Numbered from the whole stretch's first letter, positions 41,950-51,275 are shown. The stretch: 62,323 nt of DNA, filler included, from a bacterium (GCA_040757115.1; 11 parts of 11 records of this genome joined end to end with filler, not necessarily neighbours in it); one strand, 5' to 3'. Numbers and translations: made by a program. The notes: generated by a model not told the origin, from the letters alone.

Positions 41950-42210
41950 CTGCCTATTATATCCAGATTTTTCGGTATAGTAATACGGATGTTCTACGAT
42001 GAGCATAGTCCTCCTCACTTACATGCTGAGTACCAAGGGAGCAAGGCAGTTTTTGATTTTGAGGGTAATATTGCAAAGGGAAGTTTAGGTTCCAGGACAG
42101 CGACCAAGCTTGTCAGAGAATGGATAGATTTACATCTTGGTGAGATTGAAAAAGATTGGCAGCTGGCAAGTGAAGGAAAAGAAATAAGAAAGATTGCACC
42201 ATTGGATTGA
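41950..42210 (+). CDS. DUF4160 protein, putative toxin-antitoxin component; probable CTG start
   Basis: (M)PIISRFFGIVIRMFYDEHSPPHLHAEY...KIAPL. Confidence 0.85.
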   Translation: MPIISRFFGIVIRMFYDEHSPPHLHAEYQGSKAVFDFEGNIAKGSLGSRTATKLVREWIDLHLGEIEKDWQLASEGKEIRKIAPLD

Positions 42211-42228
42211 GGGAGGCGAGATATAAAT

Positions 42229-42471
42229 ATGTGGAATATGAACGAGGTTCAAGAAATTAAATACAATAGAGATTATATCTATCATATTGTATTTGACGAT
42301 GGGAAAAGGGGCAATGTTGATTTTTCCGAATATATTGCTAAAGGCCCTGTGTTTAAGCCGTTGCGAGATTTAGCATTTTTCAGAAAAGCCATAATTGATG
42401 GGGGGACAATAGCATGGCCGAATGGTGCCGATATTGCGCCAGAAACATTATATGATAAAATAAATTGCTAA
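42229..42471 (+). CDS. DUF2442 protein, putative partner of DUF4160
   Basis: [28 protein letters not shown]; stop codon overlaps the attC R'' box. Confidence 0.88.
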   Translation: MWNMNEVQEIKYNRDYIYHIVFDDGKRGNVDFSEYIAKGPVFKPLRDLAFFRKAIIDGGTIAWPNGADIAPETLYDKINC

Positions 42472-42597
42472 CAAATCGTTGCATCGGACGGCAGGGACTA
42501 TGCCGCTTGTCAGAGTTTTGCGGGTTATCAAGGTTTTATCTTGCTAACAAAGGTTGGTGGTAATTTTCCTCGCCGCCGCTGAACTTTAGCGTTAGAC
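42466..42597 (+). other. attC site (132 bp)
   Basis: TGCTAAC..TTGCATCGGACGGC ... GCCGCCGCTGAA..GTTAGAC. Confidence 0.85.
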
Positions 42598-42659
42598 TTC
42601 AGTTGAGTAAATAGTTACGAAGAAAGTAAGTAGGGTAGGGGGAGCAAGGAGAATAATGA

Positions 42660-43205
42660 ATGATGAAATATAAATTAATAGGAATTTTACTCATAATCTT
42701 TGGCTATATATCTCCTTCAGGAGCGCAAGACTATAGCTCACTGGGAAAATCTGTCTATTCCTCGAAATTTTATGGGAGTAAATATTCACAAGGGAAAAAG
42801 AAAACTACACCTTTAAAATCAATAGAACAAAGCAGTGGGTTATTATATGAGCGTGGGACATCTACTTTAAGAGGTGGAACTCACACCCCCACAGGATTAT
42901 TATTATATAAATATGCTAAAAAAACTGAACCTGTTCCCTATGTGCCTATTTCGAAAGTAGCAACTTCTACCCTGACTTATACGACAACTGATTATGCAAC
43001 CGCAGAAAGATTGAAAGTTGAAGAACCTATGTTTAGTCCCTGGTTAGGGCAATCGATTTATAAAAAACTATCTGAACAAGATAAAGATGATACCCCTGCA
43101 TATTATTCCCCAACAGAAAGAAAAAATGATTATTACCAGCAATATTACTCTAATATTTTTTATAAGGGGAAAAATCCACCTGATAAAAAAGGTAGTGTTA
43201 AATAA
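42660..43205 (+). CDS. Hypothetical secreted protein
   Basis: AGGAG RBS, signal-peptide-like N-terminus. Confidence 0.6.
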   Translation: MMKYKLIGILLIIFGYISPSGAQDYSSLGKSVYSSKFYGSKYSQGKKKTTPLKSIEQSSGLLYERGTSTLRGGTHTPTGLLLYKYAKKTEPVPYVPISKVATSTLTYTTTDYATAERLKVEEPMFSPWLGQSIYKKLSEQDKDDTPAYYSPTERKNDYYQQYYSNIFYKGKNPPDKKGSVK

Positions 43206-43513
43206 AACATAGAAACCGCATTAATCTTGTAACTATTTAGCCATCTGGAGAATGAAAATAAAGGGATTCGGGACTCGGGATTCGGGACTCGGGAATAAAA
43301 GAATTCCTTAACCCCTAAATCCGAACCCCGAGTCCAATTTTCAGGGGAAAGGAAGTTTCACGCAAAGAACGCAAAGGGAAATAAGGGAAATAGATAGGTA
43401 GGAGATAGAAGGTAGGAGGTAAGGAGATAGGCGTGAGGAGTGATGTTTTCTTTACTTTCTACTTTCTACTCTCTACTTTCTACTTCCTATTTTCAGGCGA
43501 AAGGAGATAAACA

Positions 43514-45301
43514 ATGCAACAATATCGAACGAACCTATTAATTTGTGCGGGCACTGGTTGTGTTGCCAGTGGTTCATTAAAGGTAAAAGCATCATTAGAA
43601 GAAGAACTTAAAAAACATAATCTGCAGGATGAAATTGGAATAGTTTTAACCGGGTGTAATGGTTTCTGTGCTCAGGGACCATTAATGGTTGTTTATCCAG
43701 AAGGTATATTTTATCAAGGACTTAAACCAGAAAATATACCATTTTTAGTTGTAGAACATTTCTTGAAAGGGCGACCTGTTAAGGACTTAATGTACACACC
43801 TCCAGCAGAAAAAGAACCTGTTCCGGCAATGAGAGATATTCCATTTTTTAGCCGTCAGATATTACGGGCTTTACGGAACCGTGGTTTGATTGATGCCGAG
43901 AAGATTGATGAATATATTGCCCGCGATGGGTATCTGGGTGCATCTAAAGCATTACTTGAAATGACCCCGGAAGAAATAATCCAGGAAATAAAAGATTCTG
44001 GGTTACGAGGTCGAGGTGGTGCTGGTTTCCCAACCGGGTTAAAATGGGAATTTTGCTCTAAGGCGAAAGGGGATATTAAGTATATTTTATGTAACGGAGA
44101 TGAAGGAGACCCAGGGGCATTTATGGATAGGTCTATATTAGAAGCTGACCCACATGCGGTTTTAGAAGGAATGATTATTGGAGCAAAGGCAATTGGTGCT
44201 CATAAAGGCTATATCTATGTTCGAGCAGAATATCCATTAGCCGTGAAACGACTTGAGATTGCTATTGAACAGGCAACTGACTATGGACTTTTAGGAAAAG
44301 ATATCTTAGGTTCAGGGTTTGATTTCGAAATAGAGATTTATCAAGGGGCAGGGGCATTTGTTTGTGGTGAAGAGACCGCATTAATGACATCAATTGAAGG
44401 AAAAAGAGGAATGCCGCGACCAAGACCTCCATTTCCGGCTCATAAAGGACTCTGGCAAAAACCATCGGTATTAAATAATGTAGAGACATTTGCCAATGTT
44501 CCCCAGATTATTCTTAATGGAGGAAGTTGGTATGCCAGTCTTGGCACTGAAAAGAGTAAAGGAACTAAAGTATTTGCTTTAACGGGTGCAATAAACAATA
44601 TCGGTTTAATAGAAGTTCCAATGGGTATCCCATTACGCCAGATTATCTATGATATTGGAGGTGGCATAAAGAATAGGCGTAAATTTAAGGCAGTCCAGAT
44701 GGGTGGTCCTTCGGGTGGTTGTATTCCAGAAAGTCTTTTAGATATCCCGGTTGACTATGAATCTATTACCCAGACTGGTGCAATTATGGGTTCTGGTGGA
44801 ATGGTTGTTATGGATGAAACAACCTGTATGGTTGGAATTGCTAAATTTTTCTTAGAATTCACTCAAGATGAGTCTTGTGGTAAATGTATTCCCTGTCGAG
44901 TAGGAACAAAGGTAATGCTTGATAAATTAGAAGAAATTACCTCAGGACAGGGAAAAGAAGGTGATATTGAATTATTAGAAGAATTAGCAGAAGATATTAA
45001 AAATACATCTTTATGTGGGCTGGGACAAACAGCACCTAATCCCGTATTAACGACCATTAAATATTTCCGGAGCGAGTATGAAGCACATATTAAAGAAAAA
45101 TATTGTCCCGCTCATTCTTGCTTGCCTTTATTGAAGTTCGAGGTAATTCCTGAGTTGTGTAAAATGTGTGGTCAATGTGCCAAAAGTTGTCCTGTAAGTG
45201 CTATTACCTGGGAAAAGAAACAAGTAGCAAAGATAGATAAAGAGAAATGCATTCGATGTAAAACCTGTATTACCAGCTGTCGCTTTATGGCGATTGAATA
45301 A
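43514..45301 (+). CDS. NADH-binding flavoprotein subunit (HndC/HydB/NuoF-like) of a bifurcating-type oxidoreductase
   Basis: N-terminal thioredoxin-like 2Fe-2S, GRGGAGFPTG, NGDEGDPG, CGKCIPCR..C, C-terminal 2x[4Fe-4S]. Confidence 0.9.
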   Translation: MQQYRTNLLICAGTGCVASGSLKVKASLEEELKKHNLQDEIGIVLTGCNGFCAQGPLMVVYPEGIFYQGLKPENIPFLVVEHFLKGRPVKDLMYTPPAEKEPVPAMRDIPFFSRQILRALRNRGLIDAEKIDEYIARDGYLGASKALLEMTPEEIIQEIKDSGLRGRGGAGFPTGLKWEFCSKAKGDIKYILCNGDEGDPGAFMDRSILEADPHAVLEGMIIGAKAIGAHKGYIYVRAEYPLAVKRLEIAIEQATDYGLLGKDILGSGFDFEIEIYQGAGAFVCGEETALMTSIEGKRGMPRPRPPFPAHKGLWQKPSVLNNVETFANVPQIILNGGSWYASLGTEKSKGTKVFALTGAINNIGLIEVPMGIPLRQIIYDIGGGIKNRRKFKAVQMGGPSGGCIPESLLDIPVDYESITQTGAIMGSGGMVVMDETTCMVGIAKFFLEFTQDESCGKCIPCRVGTKVMLDKLEEITSGQGKEGDIELLEELAEDIKNTSLCGLGQTAPNPVLTTIKYFRSEYEAHIKEKYCPAHSCLPLLKFEVIPELCKMCGQCAKSCPVSAITWEKKQVAKIDKEKCIRCKTCITSCRFMAIE

Positions 45302-45856
45302 AATAAACATAGCCGTTCACCGCACAGACGCAGAGAAAAAAATTAAAATCTATTCACCAGAGACAGAAATTTCCTTTTTTTGTGCATTTCGGGTCTTTCG
45401 TTGTTTATAGCGGTTATTAACTGGAAGTTTACATAGGATAATACCCATAAATAAGGCATGAGAATAATCGTTCCGTTAGGAACATAATATCGGTAGGAAT
45501 AGATAGACAAATCAATCAGTTCCGTAGGAACNNNNNNNNNNNNNNNNNNNNNNNNNNNNNNNNNNNNNNNNNNNNTTAATTAATTAANNNNNNNNNNNNN
45601 NNNNNNNNNNNNNNNNNNNNNNNNNNNNNNNGATTTGTAATTTTACATTTTGATGTTTGATTTTTAATTTATTTTATGGTATTCCAGAAAAGTGGAAGTT
45701 AATTTTGCAAAAACCATTAGGTTCGCTTTCCTGCTTGCCAGAAGCGAGGCTAAAGCCTTGCACTACAAATTTTCCACCTGTGCGGTTAGATTGACCTTCC
45801 TCACATCTTTAAAACCACGAAAGACACGAAGGGCACGAAGAATTATAAAGCAAATC

Positions 45857-46065
45857 GTAACTATTCAGCCGCAGATGGACACGGATGAAACACGGAAAAT
45901 TCGTGAATCGTGTCCGGTATCCGTGTCCGTAATTAGGCTAAAGGGTTTTTCTCCTGTTGTCCTCTGCCCTCTGCCTTCTGCCCTCTGCCTTCTGCCCTCT
46001 GCCCTCTGCCTTCTGCCCTCTGTCCTCTGCTATTTATCCGTGTTAATCCGTGGCTGAATAGTTAC
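45857..46065. mobile_element. GTAA-end element containing a TCTGCC(C/T) heptamer array
   Basis: GTAACTATTCAGCC / GGCTGAATAGTTAC; supplies the stop codon of the TPR gene. Confidence 0.8.
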
Positions 46066-48567
46066 ACCTCTCTTAAAATCTCCTCAATGGTCTTGCGGAA
46101 TTCCATTGGCTGTCGCTCAATTAACTCGCTTTTCCTGGTATAAAGATACTCAATCGCTTTTCCCATCGGATAAAGCACATCAAGCAGGCTTTGGGATGCC
46201 TTCTCCTGACATAACTGAAATAGACGATAGGCATCTTCGTATCTCTTTACCTTAAGAATCCCCTTAAATATATTGGTGAAGTCTTGACCAAATTCCTCTA
46301 TATCCTCTTCCTTAAACCTTGCTAGACCAAAAATAATTGCCTCTTTGTAGGCTGCGATTGCCTTGGTGTAATCTTCCATCTTACGGTAAGCAATGCCCAT
46401 ATTATACCAGGCGTTATAATAATCAGGCTTTATCTTGATTGCCTTCTGGTAGCATGAGATTGCCCTGGTGTAGTCTTTCATCTCAAAGTAAGCATTGCCC
46501 ATATTATACCAGGCTTCATCATTATCAGGCTTTAGCTTGATTGCCTCCTGGTAACAGGAGATTGCCTGGGTATAGTCTTTCATCTCATCGTAAGCATTGC
46601 CCATATTATTCCAGGCTTTATCCTTATCAGGCTTTATCTTGATTGCCTTCTGGTAGCATGCGATTGCCCTGGTGTAGTCTTTCATCTGACGGTAAGCAAT
46701 GCCCATATTATACCAAGCTTCATCATTATCAGGCTTTAGCTTGATTGCCTCCGGGTAGCATGAGATTGCCCTGGTGTAGTCTTTCATCTCATCATAAGCA
46801 ATGCCCATATTATACCAGGCGGCATCAAAATCAGGCTTTAGCTTGATTGCCTCCTGGTAACAGGAGATTGCGTGGGTGTAGTCTTTCATCTCAAAGTAAG
46901 CATTGCCCATATTATACCAGGCTTCATACCTATCAGGCTTTAGCTTGATTGCCTCCTGGTAGCATGAGATTGCCTGGGTGTAGTCTTTCATCTCANNNNN
47001 NNNNNNNNNNNNNNNNNNNNNNNNNNNNNNNNNNNNNNNNNNNNNNNNNNNNNNNNNNNNNNNNNNNNNNNNNNNNNNNNNNNNNNNNNNNNNNNTTGAT
47101 TGCCTCCTGGTAGCATGAGATTGCCTGGGTGTAGTCTTTCATCTCAACAAATATATATCCCTTGGAAAACCATATCGAAGCGGTAGTCTCTAAAGAAACC
47201 CTTACATCTTGCATAATTTCATCAAGTATCTCAAGGCATGAGGTAAATTCCCTGGCGTCTATCTTTTCCCAGACCTCATCTATCTTTTCTGTATATTTTT
47301 CATCTATTCTGGCTAATCCTTCTAATGCCTCCTTGAGATAGGTTATTTTTTCTTCCCTCTCTGGTAGAGAAGCCATTCTTTCTGTGCGGATAATTTCTGT
47401 CTTTAATTCCTCTTTGGTGAACCATATTTGCAGGAAGATAATGAGAAATTGAATCCTTTGTTCGGACCTTCCACCAGTTCTCATCTGATACCAGACCCGA
47501 AATATCTGCTCGCTCAATTCATATCCAGTAAGGTTCTTTGTTCGGGTAAATTTAATTGGGGTTAAATAGCCATCATCCATTAAGCGAGAAATTTGAGCGG
47601 TCACCGTATTTATCAAAAGCCCGGTCTTCTGGCTAATCTCTTTTGGGCTTAAAATAAGAGAGTCTTTGGCAATAGCATCGATGATGACCTGTTGTTGTGG
47701 AGAGAGTCTATGAATCTTCTCTAAGAAGTATTGGGATTGTTCATCAAGGATAGATTTCAGGTAAGTGATAATATCCTTTAATTCACCAGGGATAATGAAT
47801 TGATAGAGGATAAGCAACAATCTTGGATTGCCACCAGTAAGCTGGTATAATGCCTTTAGACGGGAAGAGAGTATTGCTTGTGGGAATTTATTTAATACAT
47901 CATCTTTCCCATCAAGCCTGAATCTTAAATAGAGAAGCCTTTCAAATTCATCCTCTTTAAGCTCGGTGATTTCCTCTATCTTAAAGAATCGATAAAAAGG
48001 TTCTTTTTCGTCTCTGATTTCTTTAAATAGGCTAATTGCGCCGCCATAGATAAGCAGATATGGGTCATTCATCAGGATATCCCGCAGCCTGCGGACTTCT
48101 ATTGTTTTAAACCTTGAGAGGATAAGGTTAAAATTATCAACCAGAATCAGCACATTTTTGTTTTTTCTTTTCAAATAGTCTATAAGGAAGGCATAAGATG
48201 TGGTATAATCATCCTTTGGAAAATCCTTTGCCAGGCTACTATCTTCCCGAGAAAGCTCCTCTAATATTCTTGCAAAGAATGTTTTTAAATCGGTAATCCC
48301 AAATTCCTCTTCAGCAAATTGGACAGGAATCCAGAAAGAAGAAATCTCTGGGCAATCCTTGACTTTAAAATAGACCATGGATAAAAGGTGGGTTTTACCC
48401 ATACCTCGGGGAGCCTTCAGGAGAATATGCTGATGATGGGGCTTATCCCTTTCCTTTTTTAGTCTGGTGATCAGGCTTTCAAAGAGTGCCTTTCTGCCCA
48501 CAAAGGTTTCAAAAAGCTCCTCTTTGGTCATCTGTTGTGGATTGTATTTATAAAGCACCTTTTCCAT
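46062..48567 (-). CDS. STAND-like P-loop ATPase, winged helix and TPR array (one gene split by the 100-N gap at 46996-47095)
   Basis: APRGMGKT, ILVDNF, TGGNPR, PKEISQKTG..VTAQISRL; the same MKDYTQAISCYQEAI repeat lies on both sides of the gap. Confidence 0.85.
46380..47146 (-). repeat. Near-identical 102-bp TPR-coding tandem repeats; copy number unresolved
   Basis: At least 6 units; the assembly gap lies within the array. Confidence 0.92.
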
Positions 48568-48571
48568 AATT

Positions 48572-50047
48572 CTAACCTAAATACCTTGAATGCCGAAGCC
48601 ACCAATCACGGATGAGATTGCTGGTGAACATATAATTTCCTTCTGCCTTTTTAATATAGAATTCATCCTCTAAATATGCCATCAGTTTATCAAAATCATC
48701 CGCAGGTGCCACGGGACAGCTTTCTTTAAAAATCCCCTTAATCTCACTCTCGTTCCTTTGCCCCCTGGTTAATTCTTCAAAAATAGCCTTAATACCAGGG
48801 AAAGGTTGATAGAATTCACTAACCCTATAACTCATCAGACGCTCATAATAATGCCTGAAGTAGGTCTTAGATTCTATCCCTAATAACCTTTCTTGATAAA
48901 CCTGTTCAATCCCTTCAACAGTCAGGTGCTTATTTTCCCTGATTATCCCCTTTTCTATCTCAAAGACAAATAACTGGATAAAATAGGGGATGGGTGCACC
49001 AACCAGGTGTCCTATCTTCTTGACAAATCCCTCCTCTGGTTTTATCCCTATTCTGCTCAGTAAAATCTGGGTAAGTTCATAGCCATCATTATCGGATAAA
49101 GGTAGTAATTGCTCTTTTTTAAAGAGTGAGTAAAAACCATCTTTATCTTCATACTCAATCTCATCAATGAGTCGGTGAATAAGGATAGAACCCGTAAGGA
49201 TGAACCTTGTTTGATTTGGAATAGAGAGAGTCTCTTTAAGGACGGACAGGAATTTATGAGCCTCGGTTTTGTTTTTAATAAGATTCTCAAGCATCCCGGA
49301 AAATTCATCAAACAAAAACAGGATTTTTTCTTTTAAACCGCTATAAAATTCCAACCACACCCTTTCCCAGCTATCCTTAATGGATTCTTTAAAGGTTTGT
49401 TTTTCATTATTTATCTCCTGTTCTGTCTTATGGTCAAATGCCCGCATTATCCAACGCCGATAGCCCATTATCACCTCCGCGGTAAATGATTGTCCATCCG
49501 AGATGCCCTCTAAATCAATGAGCAGGGGAAGGAAATCCTCTCTGGGATAATCTAAGAGCTGGTAAAGTAGGCTTGTCTTACCAAACCTTCTGGGTGCAAC
49601 CAGAATAATATGGTCTGTGTTTAATACCTGCCAAAGCTGGTTGATAAAATCTTCCTGATTAAAAAAGTCCATACCCCGGGCAATGACACCCAGGGAAAAA
49701 TCAGGCAGGTAATCTTTCTCTCCCTGTTTTATCTTCAAAACTACCTCTTTAAATAGCCTTTTATTGAATCTGGCATCTTTGTCATAAAAGAGTTCAATGG
49801 GAAATATTGCCGGTTCTGGCAAGGCGAATTTGCCTTCTAATCTCTCAAGGTCAAAGATGGATAATAATTCAACCTCGTTATCCGGGAAGCCCTCTTCTAC
49901 CATCTTATACATCTCAAAGACTATGTCTTTATGTTGGATATTGGTTTTAGAAAAATCAGTAATTTCAATAAAAAGGTTTTGGATAACATTTCCCTCTTTA
50001 TCCTGAATACCAAATAGGACACCCTCTTTCTTCATCTTAATCACCAT
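48572..50047 (-). CDS. P-loop ATPase (archaeal-ATPase/STAND-like) with a ~110-aa uncharacterised N-terminal domain
   Basis: DFFNQE, APRRFGKTSLL, FLFDEF, FILTGS, PYFIQL, LIRDWW. Confidence 0.85.
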   Translation of the reverse strand: MVIKMKKEGVLFGIQDKEGNVIQNLFIEITDFSKTNIQHKDIVFEMYKMVEEGFPDNEVELLSIFDLERLEGKFALPEPAIFPIELFYDKDARFNKRLFKEVVLKIKQGEKDYLPDFSLGVIARGMDFFNQEDFINQLWQVLNTDHIILVAPRRFGKTSLLYQLLDYPREDFLPLLIDLEGISDGQSFTAEVIMGYRRWIMRAFDHKTEQEINNEKQTFKESIKDSWERVWLEFYSGLKEKILFLFDEFSGMLENLIKNKTEAHKFLSVLKETLSIPNQTRFILTGSILIHRLIDEIEYEDKDGFYSLFKKEQLLPLSDNDGYELTQILLSRIGIKPEEGFVKKIGHLVGAPIPYFIQLFVFEIEKGIIRENKHLTVEGIEQVYQERLLGIESKTYFRHYYERLMSYRVSEFYQPFPGIKAIFEELTRGQRNESEIKGIFKESCPVAPADDFDKLMAYLEDEFYIKKAEGNYMFTSNLIRDWWLRHSRYLG

Positions 50048-50706
50048 TCCTCCTCCTTAATTTCTCTCTGAAGAATATCAAAGAACTCATCTGCGACATA
50101 CAAAAGTTCACTCATAGCATTCATCTTAATCTTACCTACAGGAGAGACTTTTCTTTTCTCTCTTTCAGGTTCATATATCAGGTAATGGTCTTTCTTATCC
50201 CATGCCCAGGCAAGCATAGTCATTATCTGAATCTCTATCTTTGGGCATTCAGGCTTTTCTTTGCTTTTAAAGACAAGGTAGTATGCCCTTATCCCTTTTA
50301 CTTTTGTAGGTTTTTTCATCCTCTTTTCATAGATTGTGTCTTTTTTCTCTACAATTTCAAATCGTTGGGCAATTTTCTCACTCTCTTTCAACCTTTGATT
50401 AATCTTTTTGGCATCAGAGAGGTAATTGCATATTATTCTATCTCTGAATATATCTGGAAACTCACAAAAGGGATTTTCTATGGTATATTTGCTCCTTTTT
50501 ATCTTGTCTATAATGCTTGTTGGACTTTTAATTTGCATTTGGGGTGTATCCTTATTCTCTATTTTTGCTACGAAGCGGTTGACTTTCAATCCCTTTTCTA
50601 TTTCTTTAATCTCTTCTTCAATAAGTTCAATAATCTCCTTAAGGACAGGTGCATAGAGGAATATAATCTCTGCTCGTTTTTTCTTCACTATTTCTTCAAG
50701 AGACAT
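50041..50706 (-). CDS. Divergent RelA/SpoT-domain (small alarmone synthetase-like) nucleotidyltransferase
   Basis: IKSPTSIIDK, PDIFRDRIIC..SD, EIQIMT..AW...DH.LIY; start revised to ATG at 50706. Confidence 0.75.
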   Translation of the reverse strand: MSLEEIVKKKRAEIIFLYAPVLKEIIELIEEEIKEIEKGLKVNRFVAKIENKDTPQMQIKSPTSIIDKIKRSKYTIENPFCEFPDIFRDRIICNYLSDAKKINQRLKESEKIAQRFEIVEKKDTIYEKRMKKPTKVKGIRAYYLVFKSKEKPECPKIEIQIMTMLAWAWDKKDHYLIYEPEREKRKVSPVGKIKMNAMSELLYVADEFFDILQREIKEEEW

Positions 50707-50762
50707 ATTTTTATCTTTCCTTGATATACGACAAATTTGTTGCACAACATTTTTGTTGTATA

Positions 50763-50791
50763 ATTATAATAAATAAATTTTAAGTTGTCAA
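50763..50791 (-). promoter_or_regulatory. Consensus sigma70 promoter of the RelA-like/ATPase/TPR operon
   Basis: TTGACA-17 bp-TATAAT. Confidence 0.75.
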
Positions 50792-50810
50792 GTCATTTTT
50801 GCCATTTTTT

Positions 50811-51003
50811 GTAACCGTTCACCGTAGAGACACAGAGACGCAGAGAAAAACACACCCCTAACCCCTCTCAAGAGGGGAAAATCTATGGACGATACGCAGA
50901 AATTGGCTTGTCTGTTGAACATTCGGCAAGCAGGTCATAAGTATTTCAATAGCTGCACCAATAATCTTCTCTGTTCCTCTGCGTCTCTGCGGTAAAGGAC
51001 TAC
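50811..51003. mobile_element. GTAA-end element with a short GxxExxY fragment
   Basis: GTAACCGTTCACCG / CGGTAAAGGACTAC; minus strand 50942-50974 reads TEKIIGAAIEI. Confidence 0.7.
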
Positions 51004-51005
51004 CT

Positions 51006-51131
51006 TGTTAATGGCAAACCAAAATTGACCCACTTTTGGCAATGGAAATTGACCCACCCATGTAAAAAAATCAGATCAAAAATGAACAAATTTGGCAATG
51101 AGAATTGACCCACCCCCGGATATAAAGATTG
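51006..51131. mobile_element. IS21-family terminal region (cut by contig end)
   Basis: Starts TGT; three GGCAA....AATTGACCCAC repeats, typical of the multi-repeat ends of IS21 elements. Confidence 0.75.
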
Positions 51132-51275
51132 NNNNNNNNNNNNNNNNNNNNNNNNNNNNNNNNNNNNNNNNNNNNTTAATTAATTAANNNNNNNNNNNNN
51201 NNNNNNNNNNNNNNNNNNNNNNNNNNNNNNNTTAAATAAATTATCAAAGAGCAGATTATGTTAACAAGATTTATC

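Larger units (their letters stand above)
41703..42618. mobile_element. Putative 916-bp GTAA-end element enclosing an integron-type cassette
   Basis: Ends GTAACCTTTAGC / GTAAATAGTTAC; flanks GAAAAAAG (41695-41702) and GAAGAAAG (42619-42626), 7/8 match. Confidence 0.55.

Noticed and set aside
43514-45301. Respiratory complex I nuoF
   Set aside because: The extra N-terminal 2Fe-2S and C-terminal 2x[4Fe-4S] domains fit HndC/HydB-type subunits, and no nuo operon is present here.
45692-46057. 121-aa ORF and similar short ORFs at 19978, 25562, 31062, 34552 and 53905
   Set aside because: They are translations of repeat DNA, spacer DNA or the tRNA antisense strand, with no recognisable protein features.
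46993-48567. ATPase and TPR ORFs as two separate genes
   Set aside because: The frame break falls in a placeholder 100-N gap inside the TPR array, so one gene is more likely.
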